In this document: piece by piece, positions 10,064-18,335 of the stretch
Position numbering within the stretch: position 1 is the first letter of the stretch
How the letters are laid out: each line of letters starts with the position of its first letter
DNA from: Ramlibacter sp.
GTDB taxonomy: Bacteria > Pseudomonadota > Gammaproteobacteria > Burkholderiales > Burkholderiaceae_C
Direction: 5' to 3'
DNA: 64,000 nucleotides
Assembly: GCA_035571795.1 (NCBI GenBank)
Contig: DATNBX010000113.1
Span: 23,055-87,054 of the forward strand
Notes under the pieces: model-generated
What the model was told of the DNA's origin: nothing
The model's database searches: none
What the model saw: only the letters and a program-made list of their open reading frames with translations
Position numbers and translations under genes: made by a program

Positions 10064-10813
10064 TCATTGCCAGTCAACAGCATCGCTTTGAGATATCTCT
10101 ACGCACGTACGAACCGCCTCAGTCACGACGGTGGGCGAGTTCCACATCAGGACGTCGAGAACGGACAGGTTTGGCTCGAATTGGTACGGCGTTACGGAGT
10201 AAACAAACTCCTTGAACTGGGCGAAATGCAACGAAACCGAACGGCTCGTGAACTCGGCGGGATCAAAAATATGCTGGCCGCTCGATGGGTTGATGTACCG
10301 GGTCGCGCCGAGCAGTTGGCAGATTTCCGGCGCCCATCCGCCGGGTCCCGGATGTGGCGGGAGTGGCAAGTTCAGCTCGGAGCAAATCCGGTAGCTGAAC
10401 GGGATGTTCAGATATCGGCATACGGCAGCCAGTCCGCGAACGTTAAGGTGCACGAGCGAATCATCGGTGGCCGCATCGAACGCTTCATCGATCAATGACT
10501 TGACTGCCTCGAAGTGGCGTGCCTTTTTCCTGTAGTGACTCAACTTCCCGAGAATATTTGCCTTCGCTTCCGCGAGATTCAGCACCCTTGCCTCGTGAGT
10601 CTTGATCGAGATGGATGAGTTGGCAACAGGTACCGTTACATACTGCCATCCTCCGTTGGGATGGAGGATGCGATTGCGGTTCATCCAGGTTTTTGGTGTG
10701 TATTGCGTGATGTCGAACACGATCCATTCATCAACGGCCGCGATCAGGGAGAAATGCCCCAGATAAGGAAAGAAATAGGGCTGCATGATGCCGAGCGTGG
10801 AACTATTTTTCAT
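10064..10813 (-). CDS. WbqC-like family protein
   Basis: IMQPYFFPYLG, FDITQY...WMNRNRI, YINPSSG and LSVLDVLM motifs. Confidence 0.88.
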   Translation of the reverse strand: MKNSSTLGIMQPYFFPYLGHFSLIAAVDEWIVFDITQYTPKTWMNRNRILHPNGGWQYVTVPVANSSISIKTHEARVLNLAEAKANILGKLSHYRKKARHFEAVKSLIDEAFDAATDDSLVHLNVRGLAAVCRYLNIPFSYRICSELNLPLPPHPGPGGWAPEICQLLGATRYINPSSGQHIFDPAEFTSRSVSLHFAQFKEFVYSVTPYQFEPNLSVLDVLMWNSPTVVTEAVRTCVEISQSDAVDWQ

Positions 10814-11984
10814 ACCACGAACGGATTTCGGCCGAATACCGATGCGCCCTCATCAAAATACCGCAAATACGTTCGATGTCACTCGCGCTGACGAGTGCGC
10901 CGATCGGAAATTGGATGCAAGACGCGCAGAGACTATCGGTGTTCGGCAGCCGGTTCAGATATTGCGGCAGCTCAGAAATGTACGGGATCGTGCGATGCAG
11001 GCCAGGATAAAAATAACGCCGCGCCAACACGTTTTCAGCCTTGAGAATGCCGACAAGCATGTCCCTTGGCAATCCGAATTCAAGCTCGTCCACCTGGCAT
11101 ACGAGATACTGCAAATTCGAGAAGCTGACACCCGATGGTTTGATCAAACGCAAGCCCGGGATTGCTCTTAACTGCTCCTCGTACAGCTGATAAAGGACGG
11201 CATTGTTCTTCTGGTTAGCCGGGAAATCCTCAAGGCTCATCAGTGCAATGGCTGCCTGCGCTTCTGACATTCTCCCGTTCGCCGTCTTAGTCACGGTGAC
11301 ATGCTTGCCGGCGCCATAACTGCTTCGGATATTTCGACAACGAGCAGCCAGCTCGTCATCATTCGTCGTGATGCATCCACCTTCGGTCGCGTTCAGAATT
11401 TTGGTCGCGTGAAAGGAAAACACTTCGGCGCGCCCGAAGTTCGCGACATGAATACCGTCGACCGTGCAGCCGAACGCGTGAGCCGAGTCGAAATACAGAT
11501 GGAGCCCGTTGTTCTCGGCCAATGCGCAGAGCGCTCCCGGGTTGCACGCTCCACCCCAAAGATTGACGCCCATGATTGCGCTGACATCTTTATCGATGAG
11601 CGCGCCGATCCGGTCGATATCGATTTGATGGGTATCCGGATCGACGTCGCAGAAAACCGGTTCAAGACCCGCCCAGGACAGCGACTGCGCCGAAGCCGCG
11701 AAGGTGAAGGAAGGCAGGATCACTTTACCCGAAAGTTCCATCGAATCGTGAACCATCATCAGCCCGATGGTCGCATTGCTTACGCAGATCGCATGCTTGA
11801 CTCCCAGGAATTGCTGCAGTTCCTGTTCGAGTTGCTGCGTCAGTGGCCCCTGGTTTGTATAGTACTGACGCGCAAAGATTCCCTGGAATGCGGCCTCGTA
11901 GCGCTCCCACGCCGGAAAGTAAAGTTGACCGACTGGAAGCGGCTTCTCGAAAGCGGGTCTTGCACCGAAAAGCGCAAACGTCAT
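10803..11984 (-). CDS. DegT/DnrJ/EryC1/StrS sugar aminotransferase (DesI-like), copy B
   Basis: SNATIGL, PSFTFAAS, FDSAHA, FSFHATK (PLP Lys) and EGG motifs. Start placed at MTFALFG. Confidence 0.9.
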   Translation of the reverse strand: MTFALFGARPAFEKPLPVGQLYFPAWERYEAAFQGIFARQYYTNQGPLTQQLEQELQQFLGVKHAICVSNATIGLMMVHDSMELSGKVILPSFTFAASAQSLSWAGLEPVFCDVDPDTHQIDIDRIGALIDKDVSAIMGVNLWGGACNPGALCALAENNGLHLYFDSAHAFGCTVDGIHVANFGRAEVFSFHATKILNATEGGCITTNDDELAARCRNIRSSYGAGKHVTVTKTANGRMSEAQAAIALMSLEDFPANQKNNAVLYQLYEEQLRAIPGLRLIKPSGVSFSNLQYLVCQVDELEFGLPRDMLVGILKAENVLARRYFYPGLHRTIPYISELPQYLNRLPNTDSLCASCIQFPIGALVSASDIERICGILMRAHRYSAEIRSWYEK

Positions 11985-11994
11985 TGTGTTCAAG

Positions 11995-13212
11995 CTACTT
12001 CTCACCACGACCACGCAAGCGATCGCTGATCTGCTGGGCATTTTCCGACATGAATCCAAGTATCTCGACGATATCGGTTATGTCTTCATTGCTGACGAAA
12101 TGGCCGCATGGAAGATTGAGGAATCTTTCGGCAAGCATGTCTGTCAACGGCAAGTGGGCGTCGACATGGTCATACGCCATGGGTTTGCAATGTAGCGCTG
12201 GTGAGTAATAGGCGCGGGCAAGAATATTTTCCGCGTTCAAAATCTTGATGGTCTCTGCCCGCGGCAATGGCCAGTTTTCAAGAAGTTCGACGACGATATT
12301 TTTGTAGCCTGGCCGATCGCATTCGTCGAATTCAAGCAGCCGTATGCCTGGTAACGCAGCCAGCAAGCATCTGTAGGACTCGTAGCGCCGGCGATTACGC
12401 TGAACCTGCTCCTCGACGCCATCAAGACTTGCTAGCGCCATGGCTGCATGGATCTCATTGAGTTTGGCGTTCATGCCGCCGGGCACGACGATCGTGTCCG
12501 CCCCTTCGAAGCCGAAGCCGCGCATTAAAGCCAATTGTCTCGCCAGGACGGGATCATCGGTCGTCATGTAACCGCCCTCGAACCCATTCAAGAACTTGCT
12601 GGCGTGCAAGGAAAAAATCTCGGCGGCGCCGAAGCTCCCCACTTTGCCGCTCGCCGTTGCCTCATACACGGACTCCACGGAATCGAATAGCAGCGGAATA
12701 CCGTTCTCTCTGGCGATTGCGACCAGGCCATCAATATCACAGCATCCCACAACGGGATGAGCGGCAAGGATGAGGGCGGTATTTTCATTGATGCAGGGTC
12801 TCACAGTCGCCGCGCTGATGGCGAGCGTGGCCGCTTCAACTTCGCAAAAGTGCGGCCTCAGGTTCACCCAGGCCGCAACATCCGCCATGCGGCGGTAGGT
12901 GAGCGAAGGCATCACAATCTCGGTCTTGCCTTTAAGCGCGATCGCAGAAATAGCCAGCGCCATCGCCCAAAACCCGCTGCAGAATGTGACGCAATGTGCT
13001 GTCCGATGAAACTCAGCCAACCGGCGCTCAAGAAGTCTTACGTTGGGGCCATTGTTCGTGTACTGGTGCTGGTCAAAAAACAACCTCGAATAGCCCATGA
13101 ATTTCTCAAACTCGGGCCGCACCAGATTCGAGGTCGACTTCGCAGTCGCGAACAAGCTTGCCCCACCAAAGATAGCCAACTCCTCCAGCTTGGATTTTTT
13201 GGCCGTACTCAT
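11995..13212 (-). CDS. DegT-family aminotransferase-like protein, copy A (divergent PLP site)
   Basis: ELAIFGG, YTNNGP, FSLHASK...EGG and MNAKLNE motifs, but FDSVES in place of D-A-A-H. Confidence 0.85.
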   Translation of the reverse strand: MSTAKKSKLEELAIFGGASLFATAKSTSNLVRPEFEKFMGYSRLFFDQHQYTNNGPNVRLLERRLAEFHRTAHCVTFCSGFWAMALAISAIALKGKTEIVMPSLTYRRMADVAAWVNLRPHFCEVEAATLAISAATVRPCINENTALILAAHPVVGCCDIDGLVAIARENGIPLLFDSVESVYEATASGKVGSFGAAEIFSLHASKFLNGFEGGYMTTDDPVLARQLALMRGFGFEGADTIVVPGGMNAKLNEIHAAMALASLDGVEEQVQRNRRRYESYRCLLAALPGIRLLEFDECDRPGYKNIVVELLENWPLPRAETIKILNAENILARAYYSPALHCKPMAYDHVDAHLPLTDMLAERFLNLPCGHFVSNEDITDIVEILGFMSENAQQISDRLRGRGEK

Positions 13213-13223
13213 TCTTCCCGTCC

Positions 13224-13925
13224 TCAGCGGCTAAGCAGCGCGTCGTAACGATAATACGACGCATAAAATTCTGACGGCATGTTTGAAAAACTCACCTTCC
13301 ATCCCGCGTCCGTCGCCAACTGCTCAAACTCAGCGCGGGTGCGCCATATGCCGATTTGGGAATAGCAATCGCCCAGCTCTTCGGTATTGGGCTGTGCTTT
13401 GTAAAACTCCGCCGCGCGGTCCCTGTCCGGCAAATTGCCTATGTAAACAACCTGGACGTTGTGGAATTTCCAGAACAGCGTCTGTAGAACCTCGACGGCA
13501 TCCGCGGCCGGAAAATACGAAAAGCTGCCATAGCAAAGCACTTTTGAGAAACGCTCGGGCAGCGGCTCCGCACGCACATACTCCGCGGCACTCTGATGCA
13601 CAAAGCGGTAGCGCGGCACCGCCTCGAAGTTCGTTTTTGCGACGGAAATCAGGTGTTCCGACAAATCGACACCCAAATATCCGGAGCACGAGCCAAAGAG
13701 AAGACGTGACAAGGCGCCATTGCCGCATGCGATGTCGAGCAGCGTATCACCCGGCTGCAAGTTCAGAGCCGAACAGATCGCATGGACGATCATTCTGATC
13801 TGATCGTCCGAAACGGGCACTCCGTGCACGGTGCGGCGAACCTGCCCCCAAAAATCGTCGAGCGCCCGGGTTTTGGCGTACTCGTCGTGGTCAAACTTCA
13901 AGCAGTGCTTGTTCTCTTCAGGCAT
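13224..13925 (-). CDS. Class I SAM-dependent methyltransferase
   Basis: LLDIACGNG motif I and GVDLS. Start placed at MPEEN. Confidence 0.85.
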   Translation of the reverse strand: MPEENKHCLKFDHDEYAKTRALDDFWGQVRRTVHGVPVSDDQIRMIVHAICSALNLQPGDTLLDIACGNGALSRLLFGSCSGYLGVDLSEHLISVAKTNFEAVPRYRFVHQSAAEYVRAEPLPERFSKVLCYGSFSYFPAADAVEVLQTLFWKFHNVQVVYIGNLPDRDRAAEFYKAQPNTEELGDCYSQIGIWRTRAEFEQLATDAGWKVSFSNMPSEFYASYYRYDALLSR

Positions 13926-14736
13926 AAGGCAACGCATTGTCAACAGCGGAATCGATGCGACCTGTCTTGCTCACCAAATAAAGAATGCTGGTGGACTTAA
14001 GCCCCAGCAGTCGAAAAGCGTCTTCACCAAAATACTCTTTGCCGAGCTGGGCGACGGAAAAGCCACCATTTCTAACCTTGGTGACGTAGTCCTCGTGTGC
14101 ATAGAGTCGCACATGGTCGCCTTGCCCGTAGAGCCTCCAACGCCCCGCTTCATCGGTCACAGCTGGATCTTCTATGGTATTTTCCAGGCCGACGATGATC
14201 GGGGCCATGAGAATGCCATATCCACCCTGCTTGGTGATTCTGTACAACTCGCTGATAGCCCGGTCATCGCTCTCGACATGTTCAAGCACATGACTGCAGA
14301 TAAAAAAATCGAAGCTGCCGGCGACGAATGGCATGTTCATCATGTCAACCTTGTGGTCGACGTCTTCCATCAGCAGATCGGCCGTCAGGTACTCGAATAA
14401 TCCGAGTCCCTTGAGCTTTTTCGATAGCGCAGCCTCGGGTGCAAAGTGAATCAGACGCTGCCCGCTCGAAAACGCCTTTGTTTCGACTTGCTGATCAATC
14501 CACATTGCATACATCCGCTCGCGATCGGATGCGCCGCAGAGGCCGCACGTATAAGTTTCGTGCGCCGTCATCTCCCCTTGGCCGAAATGCACGAAGCCAT
14601 GCCGTGCTGCGTTTTCGCGATAAAACGCCGGCAGCGGCAGGAATTCCACCTGCCGGCTTCCGCATACGGGGCACCACGAAGACGGCCGAGGCCGTCTTGT
14701 GCCACCAAAAACCCGCCGCATGAATTCGATCAGCAA
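13918..14736 (-). CDS. Methyltransferase type 11-like protein with N-terminal Cys pairs
   Basis: CPVC...CGLCGASDRER, IHFAPE, SFDFFICSHVLEHV and YGQGDHVRLY motifs. Confidence 0.82.
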   Translation of the reverse strand: MLIEFMRRVFGGTRRPRPSSWCPVCGSRQVEFLPLPAFYRENAARHGFVHFGQGEMTAHETYTCGLCGASDRERMYAMWIDQQVETKAFSSGQRLIHFAPEAALSKKLKGLGLFEYLTADLLMEDVDHKVDMMNMPFVAGSFDFFICSHVLEHVESDDRAISELYRITKQGGYGILMAPIIVGLENTIEDPAVTDEAGRWRLYGQGDHVRLYAHEDYVTKVRNGGFSVAQLGKEYFGEDAFRLLGLKSTSILYLVSKTGRIDSAVDNALPYA

Positions 14737-16046
14737 GGCCTAATCTCTACTTCGTTTTCAACGTATGCTTTCGCCCATATGCGAGCGCCCTGCCGTCGAG
14801 ACATCCTGAACACGAGCGCATCGTCAATGACATCGAGAAATCTTGCCGTGTGGCCCAACACGACCGGCGTTGTAATCTGCAATTGGACGCTGTAATTTCC
14901 TTCTTGAAGCGGCAGCCGGGTCTTGTATGTGACAACATATTTATCGCCCTTGTTGACACGCATGAAAGGCTGATCGACCAGCTTTAGTCCAGCGCCAAGA
15001 ATCAGGGTTTTCTTGTCATCGAGAATATAGTAGTTGCAGGAAATTTCGTCATCGACCGAGATCTCAAAGAATATTCTGACAAAAACAGTTTGATCGAAGT
15101 TGACTTCGTCTATTGGCCGCAAATTCTCGTCAAGCAACTCCGCAGACGTGATTCTTGCGCCGCCGTCTCCATAGCGGAAAAGCGCGACGCGCCTTTCAAA
15201 CTCTGCGCTGGCTTTGAATTCATCGGCATACCCTGTTCTCGAATTCTCCGGGCCAGCCGTGGCTTGCGCGCCCCTTGACGGCTTTGCGGAAGCCAACTCG
15301 GCATTCATTTCTTCGCGCATTCTTCGGACATAGTGCTCCGCGACAACGCCAGCAGGCCCCACTTCGCGAAGGGTGCCGTGCTCAAGATAAACCCCCCGGG
15401 AGCACAAGTTTTTCAGCATTTCAATGTCATGACTGACAAACAAGATGGTTGTCCCACGGGCTTGCATTCGGGTCAACGAGGTTATGCATTTGGCCTGAAA
15501 GGCCATATCGCCCACGGCCAGCGCCTCGTCCACGATCATGATTTCCGGATTGGACAGTACGTTTACCGCAAACGCCAAGCGCACGTACATCCCGCTGGAG
15601 TAGGTACGTACAGGTTGGTCAATGAATTCGCCGATATCGGCAAAGGCGGCGACATCGTCGAAACGCCGCTCCATTTCTTCCTTGCGAATCCCCATCACCG
15701 CCGCTTGAAAATAGACATTTTCTCGCCCCGTGAATTCGGGGTTGAATCCGGCACCAAGTTCCAGCAACGCGGAAATTCGCCCATTGACCTCGATCGAACC
15801 CGAGGTGGGTTTCAGGATCCCACAGATAAGCTGCAACAGTGTGCTCTTGCCCGAGCCATTGCGGCCAATGATGCCTAGACTTTCTCCTTTCTTGATCTCG
15901 AAGGAGACATCCTGCAGGGCGGTGAATTCGCGGTGGAAGTGCACACGACCCAGGGCCAGGGCCTGCTTGATGCGATCGCCAGGATGACCGAAGACGCGGT
16001 ACGTCTTGGTCAGGTTGCTGACCGAAATCGCAACATCAGAGCGCAT
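14730..16046 (-). CDS. wzt: Polysaccharide ABC transporter ATP-binding protein Wzt with C-terminal domain
   Basis: Walker A GRNGSGKST, YSSGM signature, VDEALAVGD and VSHD motifs. About 170-aa C-terminal extension starting near RYGDGGARIT. Confidence 0.92.
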   Translation of the reverse strand: MRSDVAISVSNLTKTYRVFGHPGDRIKQALALGRVHFHREFTALQDVSFEIKKGESLGIIGRNGSGKSTLLQLICGILKPTSGSIEVNGRISALLELGAGFNPEFTGRENVYFQAAVMGIRKEEMERRFDDVAAFADIGEFIDQPVRTYSSGMYVRLAFAVNVLSNPEIMIVDEALAVGDMAFQAKCITSLTRMQARGTTILFVSHDIEMLKNLCSRGVYLEHGTLREVGPAGVVAEHYVRRMREEMNAELASAKPSRGAQATAGPENSRTGYADEFKASAEFERRVALFRYGDGGARITSAELLDENLRPIDEVNFDQTVFVRIFFEISVDDEISCNYYILDDKKTLILGAGLKLVDQPFMRVNKGDKYVVTYKTRLPLQEGNYSVQLQITTPVVLGHTARFLDVIDDALVFRMSRRQGARIWAKAYVENEVEIRPC

Positions 16047-16845
16047 CGGCAAACTCGTCGCGGCTATGTTCGAAAAATGCATAAGCCAAAGCCGAACCGG
16101 CCAGGCAAAAAGCGAGCGCTGCGGCCCAGGCGCTCCATTCAATTGGCTGACCCGTGACCGCAGACCGAGTGGCTTCGATCACCACGCCCAAGGGGTTGTA
16201 GTGATAGATCGGACGCAACGTCGGAGGCACAGCGCTGGCGGGATAGAACACCGGCGACAAGAACATCAGCATCTGCACGAACATCGGCACGATCTGAGTC
16301 ATATCCTTTATGTACACGCCCCACGCCGCCACAAACCAGGAAATTCCGAGTGCGAGCAGCAGCACCGGGAGAAGCAACAACGGAAATAGCAATATTTCAC
16401 CGTGCAGGCTGCCCGTCCAGGCGAGCGCTCCCAACAGTATGAGAATGTTGAATGCCCCATGCACCAACGCCGCGCCAAGCGGCACCACCGGCAGTATGTG
16501 CACTGGGAAGATGATTTTCTTCACGAAGCTGGGATAGCCGCGCACCGACGTCGGCGCACGGGAAACCGTTTCGGCAAAAATATTGAAGGTGATGAGCCCG
16601 CTATAGAGCAGCAGCCAGAAAGGCAGGCCGCTATTTTGCTGGGGCCAGCGTGCCTGAAAGACCTGGCCAAAGACAAAGGCGAAGATCGCCAGCATGAATA
16701 GCGGACTCAAAAAGATCCACAAAACACCAAACATCGCGCCTCGGTACCGCAGCAGCACGTCCCGTTTGATCAGCTGGCCGAGCAGGTAGCGGTGGCGCCA
16801 GATATCGGAAAAAATCCGCAAAGGATTGAACGCGGCGGCACTCAT
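16036..16845 (-). CDS. wzm: Polysaccharide ABC transporter permease Wzm
   Basis: RYRGAMFGVLW, VKKIIFP, LSPVFYP and YNPL motifs; multiple TM helices; overlaps wzt. Confidence 0.92.
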   Translation of the reverse strand: MSAAAFNPLRIFSDIWRHRYLLGQLIKRDVLLRYRGAMFGVLWIFLSPLFMLAIFAFVFGQVFQARWPQQNSGLPFWLLLYSGLITFNIFAETVSRAPTSVRGYPSFVKKIIFPVHILPVVPLGAALVHGAFNILILLGALAWTGSLHGEILLFPLLLLPVLLLALGISWFVAAWGVYIKDMTQIVPMFVQMLMFLSPVFYPASAVPPTLRPIYHYNPLGVVIEATRSAVTGQPIEWSAWAAALAFCLAGSALAYAFFEHSRDEFADAL

Positions 16846-16859
16846 GACTCAGGAAGAAC

Positions 16860-18140
16860 TTAAAGGCGCCATACCCGTACGCCCGCGCAGCTCAGCTTGG
16901 CGCAATCAAATTGTGACTTCACGTCGATAAAGCATCCGCCATCTTTCAAACGCTCGACGTACGCCGAGTGAGGTCTCGACAAGAAGTCCTGGTGGGCCAC
17001 GGCAACGATCACCGCATCGGCCTGCGGCAAAGACTCCCACGCCACCAGCTCGATCCCATACTCCCGGCGCGCCTCGTCCCCGTCGGCGACCGGATCATGC
17101 ACAAACACGTCGACGCCATACGCGCTCAGTTCGGCGATCAGATCCCGGGCTTTTGAATTCCGCAGGTCCGGCACGTTCTCCTTGAACGTAATCCCCAGCA
17201 CATTGACCTTGGCGCCCTTGATATGGCTGCCGGCCTGAATCAATTGCTTGACCGTTTGTTCGGCAATGAACTTGCCCATCCCGTCATTGATGCGCCGTCC
17301 GGCCAGGATCACTTCGGGGTGATAGCCCACCATTTCGGCCTTGTAAGTCAGGTAGTAGGGATCGACGCCGATGCAATGCCCGCCGACCAGGCCCGGACGG
17401 AACGGCAGGAAGTTCCACTTCGTGCCGGCGGCTTCCAGTACCTCCAGCGTATCCAGTCCGAGGATGTTGAAAATCAACGCAAGCTCGTTCATCAACGCGA
17501 TGTTCAGGTCGCGCTGGGTGTTTTCGATGACCTTCGAAGCTTCGGCCACCTTGAGCGACGAGACCCGGTGCACACCGGCGGTAACCACCTGCTCATAAAG
17601 CGTTGCCACACGTTCCAGCGTGGCGGGGCTGTCTCCCGATACCACCTTGACCGTGTTCGACAGAACATGCTGCCTGTCGCCCGGATTGATTCGCTCTGGG
17701 GAATAGCCGACGTGAAAATCGCGTCGCCATTTCATCCCCGATGCACGCTCGAGTACCGGAATGCAAATCTCTTCCGTCGCGCCGGGGTACACGGTGGATT
17801 CGTATATGACCGTCGCTCCGGCCTTGAGGTGCGCCCCTGCGTTTTCGCTGGCTCGGATGAGGGGTGCGAAGTCGGGGTTGCGGGCCGCGTCAATGGGGGT
17901 TGGCACCGCAATGATGAAAAAATCGGCGCCCGCCAGATCGGCAGGGTCCGTTGTGAAGGTCAGCTTTTCCGCGGCGCGCATTTCATGGCCGGCGACGGTA
18001 CCGCTCGGATCGATATGCTGGCGATAGCTCCCGATTTTTTGCGCCGACAGGTCGTACGCCATGGTCGGCATCAGCTTGCCGAATGCGACCGCAAGCGGAA
18101 GACCGACATATCCGAGGCCGATGATTGCAATCATTTCCAT
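16860..18140 (-). CDS. UDP-N-acetylhexosamine 6-dehydrogenase (WbpO/TviB-like)
   Basis: GLGYVGLP, YESTVYPG, SPERINPGD, GGHCIGVDPYYL and FKENVPDLRNS motifs. Confidence 0.92.
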   Translation of the reverse strand: MEMIAIIGLGYVGLPLAVAFGKLMPTMAYDLSAQKIGSYRQHIDPSGTVAGHEMRAAEKLTFTTDPADLAGADFFIIAVPTPIDAARNPDFAPLIRASENAGAHLKAGATVIYESTVYPGATEEICIPVLERASGMKWRRDFHVGYSPERINPGDRQHVLSNTVKVVSGDSPATLERVATLYEQVVTAGVHRVSSLKVAEASKVIENTQRDLNIALMNELALIFNILGLDTLEVLEAAGTKWNFLPFRPGLVGGHCIGVDPYYLTYKAEMVGYHPEVILAGRRINDGMGKFIAEQTVKQLIQAGSHIKGAKVNVLGITFKENVPDLRNSKARDLIAELSAYGVDVFVHDPVADGDEARREYGIELVAWESLPQADAVIVAVAHQDFLSRPHSAYVERLKDGGCFIDVKSQFDCAKLSCAGVRVWRL

Positions 18141-18335
18141 GCGTCGTTCCTGTTCGCGCTCTTGCCGCCCCAAGGGCGAAAATCAAGGCTTGGCCCGCAT
18201 GCGCAGACGCTGAATTGGAACATCCCGGCTACTGTAGCAGTCCCATCTGCCTTGGGGCAAAATAGAGCTATGCAAACCCGCGCGTTGTGGCGTTTCCACG
18301 TGGCAATCGATGGTGTTGTAGGTGAATGACCACGA

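Noticed and set aside
18141-18335. ops/JUMPstart element upstream of the polysaccharide operon
   Set aside because: Only a weak GGCGGCAAG resemblance to GGCGGTAG; insufficient to call.
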